DNA from: an uncultured archaeon
Lineage (GTDB): Archaea > Thermoplasmatota > Poseidoniia > MGIII > CG-Epi1
Reading direction: 5' to 3'
NCBI GenBank assembly: GCA_964626865.1
Contig: CAZVIT010000003.1
Span: 1 to 36,428, forward strand
Length of the DNA: 36,428 nucleotides
Shown here: one piece after another, positions 8,717 through 15,541 of the stretch
Layout: each line of letters starts with the position of its first letter
How positions within the stretch are numbered: position 1 is the stretch's first letter
Position numbers and translations under genes: made by a program
Notes under the pieces: model-generated
The model's input: only the letters and a program-made list of their open reading frames with translations
What the model was told of the DNA's origin: nothing
The model's database searches: none

Positions 8717-9631
8717 CTACCTCTTTTCCAAGTTCTTTAAGACTAAATATAAACCAAAACCTAAAAATCCAAAGCAAATTGTTCCTATTATTGATACTAA
8801 TTCAAAATTTTCAAAAACTTCTCCGATTCCTAAATTAGGAGATACACCTTTGGAATCATAACTTTGCTTCCAAGGCCAAAGTGTTGCTAATGATCCAAGC
8901 ATTAGACCTGTTAAAACAGACATTACATCTTCCTTATAATTTAGCAACATAAAATTCATAAAAGGTACAAAAGTAAACAAACCAATTAGGCCTCCAGATA
9001 AAAAATAAAACATAATATTTAAATTTAAATCATGAACTGCATTTGCTACTACTGTATATTGGCCAAGTGTCAAAAGAACAAGAGCGCCACTAATCCCTGG
9101 CAATAACATGGCTGTAAGTGCAAGCGCACCGCTAATTAATAATAGAAAATTGCCTCCATTATTATTTAATGATAAATTAGTATAAAGTAAAACTAAAGAA
9201 AAACCTATAAAACAGAACATATAACGGCTAAATGTACGAACTTTAACTCTTTGCCATGGTTCTTTAATACTTGACAACACTAAACCAAAAAATAGTGAAA
9301 AAATAAAGGGAGCTGTCGAAGATTTTAGAAGCAGGCCTTCTTGCTCTTCTGAACCTACTAGAATTTTAGTAACTACATAATAAGAAACAATCATACCTAA
9401 ACCCAATGTAAAAAGAAATTGAAAGGATAGTATGAATTTATTATATGATTGAGAAGGAAATTTTCTTTTAAAAAAATTCAAAAATTCAGATAATGAAAAA
9501 ATTAATTTGTTGTAAATTCCTAATATTAAGGCTATTGTGCCTCCACTTACTCCTGGAACTGCATCAGCCATTCCCATTAACAATCCACTACGAAAGGTGG
9601 AAAACTCAAATTTTATCTTACTGCCCATCAT
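8717..9631 (-). CDS. DUF368 family membrane protein (polyprenyl-phosphate translocase-like)
   Basis: The signature GMADAVPGVSGGTIALILGIY is repeated in the second half as LPGISGALVLLTLGQY. The protein is polytopic. The gene overlaps the upstream Nop-domain gene by 14 nt. Confidence 0.75.
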   Translation of the reverse strand: MMGSKIKFEFSTFRSGLLMGMADAVPGVSGGTIALILGIYNKLIFSLSEFLNFFKRKFPSQSYNKFILSFQFLFTLGLGMIVSYYVVTKILVGSEEQEGLLLKSSTAPFIFSLFFGLVLSSIKEPWQRVKVRTFSRYMFCFIGFSLVLLYTNLSLNNNGGNFLLLISGALALTAMLLPGISGALVLLTLGQYTVVANAVHDLNLNIMFYFLSGGLIGLFTFVPFMNFMLLNYKEDVMSVLTGLMLGSLATLWPWKQSYDSKGVSPNLGIGEVFENFELVSIIGTICFGFLGFGLYLVLKNLEKR

Positions 9632-10331
9632 TTTCCCGATAATAGTCTATCTTTGCAGCTATAGCTACCTTAGAGGCTAGTGAACGTGTAGCCTTCCCCT
9701 TATCTTTCCTTTGTGAACTCTTTACAGATGGATGTTGATACAGTATTCCATGTTTCGGAGGGGGGGAACCATCGGCCATATGTCTAAACAATGCTTTTTC
9801 CGCACCTAATAATTGTATTGTTGAAGAAGGAAGACGCGCAAGCTTTGCTAATGAACCTGCGCAGGAAACTAATCTAACTGTTAATTGGGAATCAAGTAGC
9901 TCTACCATGGCTGGAAAAATTTTAGGAGCCTCTTCATCTATATGTTTGGATAATAAGTTTATCAAATCTTGAATTTGAAGATAAGTCTCTTTAAGATTCG
10001 AAATTGGAGGTTGTAACGATTTCTTAGTTAATAGTTTATTAACCACAACTCTGGGTTCGCCAGTAGTATGAGCATACCAAGTACATAGTCTTTCTGAAAT
10101 TAGATTTAGACTAGTATGTGCATCATCTAAAGCTTGAATCGTTTGAATCAAATGCCTATCTAAAGTTAAAGAATCCAAAATTTTCTGCTGAGTTTGAATT
10201 ATACTAGCTTCCCTTAAATGCTTAATATCAATTTCTGGAATTTCTTTTTCAGAATTATAATATTTGGGATCTACAAGTATTGAAACAACGTTATTTATCT
10301 GCTCTTCATCATCTGCAGTTACAGATTTCAA
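9618..10331 (-). CDS. Short Nop-domain protein (Nop5/Nop56/58-Prp31 family C-terminal half)
   Basis: A NOSIC-like region reads IQALDDAHTSLNLISERLCTWYAH. The Nop domain reads LVSCAGSLAKLARLPSSTIQLLGAEKALFRHM...PPPKHGILYQHPSV...KGKATRSLASKVAIAAKIDYY. The protein is only 237 aa and starts at TTG. There is no room for the fibrillarin-binding N-terminal domain. Confidence 0.7.
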   Translation of the reverse strand: MKSVTADDEEQINNVVSILVDPKYYNSEKEIPEIDIKHLREASIIQTQQKILDSLTLDRHLIQTIQALDDAHTSLNLISERLCTWYAHTTGEPRVVVNKLLTKKSLQPPISNLKETYLQIQDLINLLSKHIDEEAPKIFPAMVELLDSQLTVRLVSCAGSLAKLARLPSSTIQLLGAEKALFRHMADGSPPPKHGILYQHPSVKSSQRKDKGKATRSLASKVAIAAKIDYYRENDGQ

Positions 10332-10344
10332 ATTTAATTAACTC

Positions 10345-13305
10345 CTAAAATTTCTTTCTGCGAATAAACGAAATAAGTGAAATAATCATTATAGTACTAA
10401 CTAAACTTAATGAAGGTAGAAGTGACTCTTCTTCCTCTTCTACAACTGTATCATCTATTAAATCTGATTTAAGAACTGTAAATGGCAAACTAAGTTTTAC
10501 TGATTTAGAAGAATCACTACTCAATGTAACATTAAATGTAGCTGAAGTGTCTGAAGCTGCTTGAGTAACAGGTGGGCGAACTTCAACAAATATTGATTGA
10601 TACCCTCCTGGTTCTAAAGTGATTGTGTCATCTTGTAGAGTAAACCAAGATGATCTTTTACCTTCCATCATTAATGACAATGTTTCTACTGTATTTCCAT
10701 TATTTGTAATTAAAATTTTGAACTTACCTGTTGTACCTGCAATAACATTTCCTGCCGTTGTTTCCAATTCCAGATTAACATCTGCTTTTTCTTTGACATA
10801 AACTGTCAAAGACATTACTTCACTCTGTCCCTCGCATGGAGGATTTACGCATTGATCTGACTTAACCGTAACTATTATTGTATTATTCCCACCATAAGCG
10901 CCATCTGGAACCAAAACATTTAGATAAACTGTCTTGGAAGCTGAAGGTTCCAAACTAAAAGAAGATTGCGTATATTCACCAGACCATAAGTCACCAATCT
11001 TTGAAGGATAAACAGCTGAAGGTAAATTAATAATTTCCACATCATTACCTAAATTTGTAATAGTTAATATGAAAGGTACGGTATCTCCTGATTCACCTGT
11101 TTTAGTATCTAAATTCGTCTCAACAGAGAAAAGATAAATCGGATTTGTTATTATATTAAAATTCTGACGTTCTTCAAACTTATTATTTAGTGATGAAGTA
11201 CCTACTAGGCTTAATGAAATAGTACCTGGACCTTGAGTTTCCGAGGTTTTAATTTCGAGAATAAAATCTGATGTTGCACCTTTGGCAACATTTAATGAAT
11301 TAAGACAGTTGCCGCTAAATAAAACACAGTATGTCCAACCTGAAGGAAGGCCTTCTACGGCGAAATCAAGCTCGTCACCTGCATTTGCATTATTAGTTAT
11401 TGTAACTGGTAACTGGTGTGTAAAACCTGGATTACCTATTGATTGAGTAGGATCCATAATAATTGTAAAGTCTGCATAATATTCAACTTTAACAGATAAA
11501 TCAATAGTATCTACCTTAATCCCTGATGAAGATAATTTAACATATATTGTAAAATTATAATATCCTGGATTTTCATCATCAGGTATTTCGAAAGGAAGAA
11601 CAAACATCTCAGTACCGCCATATGCTTCCAAAGTTTGGGTTTCGAAAATTAAGGTATCTTCGAAATTCCAGCCCTCTGGAACGCCTGAACCTTTACTAAA
11701 TTTGTAAATCTCATTACTATTACCATTGTTAGTTATAGTGATATTAAATTGATTAGTGTCTCCAGGGTACATTATTGGTACTGCTGAAGATATTACATAT
11801 TGATTAAATACTGTATTAACTGTTGAAGTAATATCTAATTCTGCTGTAGCAGAAGAGTCATCATGCGATTCTGCAGTTACAATGAAAATTGCTTCATCTG
11901 TATCTCTTGCTGAAGGAGGTATTTCTACAAAAAATTGAATGTCCTCTGAATCTCCATCATCGAGGTCCTCTATGACATATTTGCTCAAGGAGACTACCCA
12001 AGCATTACATGAAGAACAAACTTCAAATCCTAGATTAATGTCATCTGGATCCGAACCTGTATTTGTAACTGATACAATATATGTTAAAGTTGAACCTGGA
12101 TTGCCACTCATGCTGTCTTCTGATGTTGTTAAGACAACCTCTCTTACTGGCAGCCTCACTGAAGTATTAACTACTAAATCATCTCCAAATTGTTCCCTAT
12201 TTGTTGAATAAATATGAACCTTTGTTAATGACCAATCATTTTCTTCAGAGTCTTCTGGAGAATAAACAGTTAAAACTAGGCTATAAGCTTCTCCTGGACC
12301 CAGATTATCTATTTCAAATTGGCTTAAATTAGAGAACCAACCCTCTTTTGAAACATCCTCAAATTCTAAAATAAAAGAATCTGTTTCATCGCCCTCATTA
12401 GTAACTGATAAGTCATAAATTATCATGCCGTCTGGAATAATCTGCTTAGATTCTGCGTCAGCAATTATGTCTACATCATAGGTACGTCCATCCTCAGCAG
12501 TAGTATTAGTATTTCCAAAGCCGTAAATGTAATCATAATCGTCTTCCTGAACCCTTGCAATTATTTGAATTATTGCATATTCGTCAACTGCTGCATTATT
12601 GGGAACTGTGACGTCCATTGTGAAATCTTGGTAATCATCTGGTTCCAAGAAGACTGATGAAATACTTGCCTCTGCTGACCAGTCCTTAGGCATGCCACCT
12701 ACCTCTATAGCAAAATTGTCTGCATTATTTCCTCTATTTGTTACAGTTACTACATAAGTAGCAGAGTCTCCTCTTTTAGCCTCTTTTGAATCTCCCTGTT
12801 TTAGTTCAACATCTATTGCATAAGTCATATCAATATCTATGACTTGATCTATCGAGTCACTAACTGACGCATTCTGAGAAGTTACTTCCAATGTATATGT
12901 CATTTGAGACTCATCATAAACATTCTGAACCGGAGCTTGAAAACTAAAATTAACATTCTTTTGTTCTTGGAATCCTACAGATACATTCTCACGCTCAGAC
13001 TCTCCAGACCAGCCTGCACCATCTTCTTCCCAAGAAATATCTAAATCATATGTATCATCCATAGTTCCCAAATTAGAAACTACAAAGGCAAATGTTACAA
13101 GTTCATTACGTGTAATTGATTCATAGCCTGTATGTTCACCAGTAAAATCTATATCTACATCATAACTAGAACGTGAATAATCCAATGTTTCATTAGATGA
13201 AAACTGGGAATCATTAAAAACAAATGGGCTGGTAACTCCAGCAATTGGCGATGCCAAAATCAAGGCAATGAACGAAACAAAAAGAGAATTTACACCTTTC
13301 ATCAT
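10345..13305 (-). CDS. Cell-surface (S-layer-like) glycoprotein with eight CARDB/NEW3-type beta-sandwich repeats and a C-terminal TM anchor
   Basis: The signal peptide is MMKGVNSLFVSFIALILASPIAG. Eight spaced signatures are present: VVSNLGTMDDTY, VTVTNRGNNADNF, LSVTNEGDETDSF, VSVTNTGSDPDDI, ITITNNGNSNEIY, VTITNNANAGDEL, LTITNLGNDVEII and ILITNNGNTVETL. There are many N-x-S/T sequons. The C-terminus reads EEEEE-SLLPSLSLVSTIMIISLISFI-RRKKF. Confidence 0.8.
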   Translation of the reverse strand: MMKGVNSLFVSFIALILASPIAGVTSPFVFNDSQFSSNETLDYSRSSYDVDIDFTGEHTGYESITRNELVTFAFVVSNLGTMDDTYDLDISWEEDGAGWSGESERENVSVGFQEQKNVNFSFQAPVQNVYDESQMTYTLEVTSQNASVSDSIDQVIDIDMTYAIDVELKQGDSKEAKRGDSATYVVTVTNRGNNADNFAIEVGGMPKDWSAEASISSVFLEPDDYQDFTMDVTVPNNAAVDEYAIIQIIARVQEDDYDYIYGFGNTNTTAEDGRTYDVDIIADAESKQIIPDGMIIYDLSVTNEGDETDSFILEFEDVSKEGWFSNLSQFEIDNLGPGEAYSLVLTVYSPEDSEENDWSLTKVHIYSTNREQFGDDLVVNTSVRLPVREVVLTTSEDSMSGNPGSTLTYIVSVTNTGSDPDDINLGFEVCSSCNAWVVSLSKYVIEDLDDGDSEDIQFFVEIPPSARDTDEAIFIVTAESHDDSSATAELDITSTVNTVFNQYVISSAVPIMYPGDTNQFNITITNNGNSNEIYKFSKGSGVPEGWNFEDTLIFETQTLEAYGGTEMFVLPFEIPDDENPGYYNFTIYVKLSSSGIKVDTIDLSVKVEYYADFTIIMDPTQSIGNPGFTHQLPVTITNNANAGDELDFAVEGLPSGWTYCVLFSGNCLNSLNVAKGATSDFILEIKTSETQGPGTISLSLVGTSSLNNKFEERQNFNIITNPIYLFSVETNLDTKTGESGDTVPFILTITNLGNDVEIINLPSAVYPSKIGDLWSGEYTQSSFSLEPSASKTVYLNVLVPDGAYGGNNTIIVTVKSDQCVNPPCEGQSEVMSLTVYVKEKADVNLELETTAGNVIAGTTGKFKILITNNGNTVETLSLMMEGKRSSWFTLQDDTITLEPGGYQSIFVEVRPPVTQAASDTSATFNVTLSSDSSKSVKLSLPFTVLKSDLIDDTVVEEEEESLLPSLSLVSTIMIISLISFIRRKKF

Positions 13306-13326
13306 AATATTCAGTAAAGTAGAAAG

Positions 13327-13335
13327 TTTATATAA
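13327..13335 (-). promoter_or_regulatory. Strong TATA box (TTATATAAA on the minus strand) for the 986-aa surface protein gene
   Basis: It is centred about 26 nt upstream of the ATG at 13305, between that ATG and the stop of the upstream gene. This implies a dedicated promoter and a leaderless or near-leaderless transcript. Confidence 0.4.
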
Positions 13336-13674
13336 TTACTCACTATCTTCTTCTTCCTCTTTTTCCAAATATTTTGTGATAATCTTAACTTCTTTTTGAA
13401 GGCTATTGATGTCATCACGAAGTCTAAGCATTGATACTTCGAAAGGTGTGAAACCTTGTGTAGATAGCGTTCTTGTAGCTATAAACATTCCAAGTAAAAT
13501 TCCGCCCAGAACTGCAGCTAGTGATACAGTATAAACTGAAAAGGCATAAAATGTTAATAATGAACTCACATCAAAATGAATATAGCCAGTTAAGAACAAA
13601 AGTAAATAAATTAAAAATGCAACAACAATACCAACCGTTGCCTGATACGCAAGAGGTGCTTGGGTTATATTCAT
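13336..13674 (-). CDS. Small membrane protein: two or three TM segments plus a C-terminal coiled-coil/acidic tail
   Basis: The protein is 112 aa with hydrophobic segments VGIVVAFLIYLLLFLTGYI, LLTFYAFSVYTVSLAAVLGGILLGMFIA. These are followed by LRLRDDINSLQKEVKIITKYLEKEEEEDSE. Its start overlaps the stop of the upstream lipoprotein gene by 1 nt. Confidence 0.55.
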   Translation of the reverse strand: MNITQAPLAYQATVGIVVAFLIYLLLFLTGYIHFDVSSLLTFYAFSVYTVSLAAVLGGILLGMFIATRTLSTQGFTPFEVSMLRLRDDINSLQKEVKIITKYLEKEEEEDSE

Positions 13675-14117
13675 TATTTATAATTTAGAGGAGTACTATA
13701 AGGCAGTTTCCATTCTTCTGATTCCTCATCACCTCCGCTTAAAATAACGATATCTAAAACTGGCTTTGCGTCTGTAGAATCTGAACTAAAACGAATTTTG
13801 CAGACAAGTTCCCAATAGACGTCCGATAAATCTACCTGAAAAGTGAAAGAAGCATAATCATTAGCATCTTTAGTCAAATTAACAAATGATATCTTTTTTT
13901 GATGACTATAAACTGAAGAAACTGTATCATCTGAAAGACTAGTTGATATTGTGAAATTACCCATCTTAGTTCTAGGTACTGTATAAAGATATATCCATAA
14001 ATCCTCACCATCTGCATCTACTTGTAAAGTTACTATTGTTCGATTTGGTGTTGAATCTGTACAGCCTATAAATGAGGACGTCAGCAAGATTATCGCAAAA
14101 ACAACAGTGCGAAACAT
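13674..14117 (-). CDS. Secreted lipobox protein (putative lipoprotein)
   Basis: The signal peptide MFRTVVFAIILLTSSFIGC has Cys19 followed by TDSTP. The mature part is beta-rich and about 125 aa, with no catalytic motif. Confidence 0.55.
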   Translation of the reverse strand: MFRTVVFAIILLTSSFIGCTDSTPNRTIVTLQVDADGEDLWIYLYTVPRTKMGNFTISTSLSDDTVSSVYSHQKKISFVNLTKDANDYASFTFQVDLSDVYWELVCKIRFSSDSTDAKPVLDIVILSGGDEESEEWKLPYSTPLNYK

Positions 14118-14181
14118 AATTTACTTTAAGAAAAAGGGGATAATAAGGATACTCTCAATAAGGGGCATTCGTAAGCCATCT

Positions 14182-14625
14182 ATGCCTACTACTGCATTTA
14201 GATTGATTTCTATCGAAGCAAAAAGTCATCGTAAGGCTACAAGACAAAAAGAATTACAGATTAATCACAGTACAACTATTCTAGCATCAAGAGTAAAAAA
14301 TGATACACAATTAAATGTAGAAATAAGATATTCCGTTTCTTATGGTCTTTTAGGGATGGTACAATTAGATTGTGAAGTCATATATTCAAATGAGGATAAA
14401 AGTGTAATCAGAACATCACAAAAGAAATGGGAAAAAGAACATAAGTTACCTAAAAATGTGACTGAAGAACTTTACAACAGAGTTCTAGGCGAAGGTTCAT
14501 TTGAAGTTCTAAATGTTGCTAGAAAATTAGGGCTGCCTCCTCCCTTCAAAATAGAAGTGCCCCAAGTTAAAATGGGTGAGAATAAGAACATTAAACCCAA
14601 TACAAACAGTCCTGAAATTGCCTAA
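14182..14625 (+). CDS. Hypothetical cytoplasmic protein with a SecB-like sequence pattern
   Basis: I take ATG at 14182 (MPTTAFRLISIEAK...) as the start. The tracked GTG at 14107 would overlap the divergent gene. The beta-rich N-terminal half, then a helix, then GLPPPFKIEVPQV recall the SecB layout. This resemblance is by eye only. Confidence 0.5.
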   Translation: MPTTAFRLISIEAKSHRKATRQKELQINHSTTILASRVKNDTQLNVEIRYSVSYGLLGMVQLDCEVIYSNEDKSVIRTSQKKWEKEHKLPKNVTEELYNRVLGEGSFEVLNVARKLGLPPPFKIEVPQVKMGENKNIKPNTNSPEIA

Positions 14626-14627
14626 AA

Positions 14628-15524
14628 ATGCCAAATATAGATTTTATTTGTCCTAATTGTAATACAAATGGTAGAATCACCTTAATGGGAGAAACCCATG
14701 GTAATTTTGAAAAAAAGTGTAAGAACTGTAAAATAATTATAGAATTGGATGTTAAGAATAATAATTTAATTGGTACTAATACAAAAGAAGAAAACCAATT
14801 GAAAACCAAAAACAAAGTGCCCTCTGACTATAAAAAATATGATTTTAAAGAAAAAGATGACACAAATAATGAAAAACATTTCTGGGTTAAAACAATTTCG
14901 TTACTAATTCTAACTGCATCAATAATGGGTCTAATGACGGGGATATCTCTTTACTATGCTCCTGATGAATACAGCGATTCAGAAGAAATAAAAATATATA
15001 TCATAGTAAAAAATGAAAATAATTATATAGATAATGCAAATATTCTAATCAATGAAGAAAAAATTAACCCAACCCATTCCGGAAATGGAACATATATTAT
15101 AAATTTAAAACCTGGGAAATATAACGTTAAGGTTAATGCTGAAGAGCATAAAACGTCTGTCATGAGCATCTATATTCCTCCACAAGACCCAGAACTAAGT
15201 TTAATTGACTATAGCTCAGGTCTTGAAGGAATAAACAGCTTTACTTTTACATTAGAAAAAGGGAATGGAAGCATAAATCAAGAAGAAAACACTTATCTTA
15301 AAATGCTAAATTGGTGCCCTACTCTAATTTTGTTATTTTCACTAATAGGTATATGGGGATCATGGGTAACCTATACTTTACAATCATACAAAAATGCCCA
15401 AATTGGCGCCTTTTTCTCCATAATGTCTATGGGCTTTTTGATAATTGGCCCTTTATTAGGCATTATTGCCTTAATACTACTACCAAAGATAAAGAAAAAT
15501 TTCACCGGTCATTTTAAAAAGTAG
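14628..15524 (+). CDS. Zinc-ribbon membrane protein with an extracytoplasmic CarboxypepD_reg-like beta-sandwich
   Basis: The N-terminus has CPNC...CKNC. A K/E/N-rich linker follows, then TM1 (ISLLILTASIMGLMTGISLYY). The ectodomain contains GTYIINLKPGKYNVKVNAEEHKTS. Two C-terminal TM segments complete the protein. The gene starts 2 nt after the previous gene. Confidence 0.6.
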   Translation: MPNIDFICPNCNTNGRITLMGETHGNFEKKCKNCKIIIELDVKNNNLIGTNTKEENQLKTKNKVPSDYKKYDFKEKDDTNNEKHFWVKTISLLILTASIMGLMTGISLYYAPDEYSDSEEIKIYIIVKNENNYIDNANILINEEKINPTHSGNGTYIINLKPGKYNVKVNAEEHKTSVMSIYIPPQDPELSLIDYSSGLEGINSFTFTLEKGNGSINQEENTYLKMLNWCPTLILLFSLIGIWGSWVTYTLQSYKNAQIGAFFSIMSMGFLIIGPLLGIIALILLPKIKKNFTGHFKK

Positions 15525-15541
15525 ATATTTGAATTAAGAAA

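Noticed and set aside
9760-9766. A G7 homopolymer inside the Nop-domain gene, and a C7 run at 27027-27033 inside the MptE-like gene, as possible slipped-strand phase-variation tracts.
   Set aside because: Both encode conserved-looking residues in frame (SPPPKHG and CWGGF). The tracts are short, and the genes are housekeeping rather than contingency loci.
14107-14181. A GTG-initiated 25-codon N-terminal extension of the 14107-14625 ORF.
   Set aside because: It would overlap the start of the divergent lipoprotein gene and consume the whole promoter spacer. The extension (MRNIIYFKKKGIIRILSIRGIRKPS) looks non-protein-like, and the ATG at 14182 gives a sensible start.
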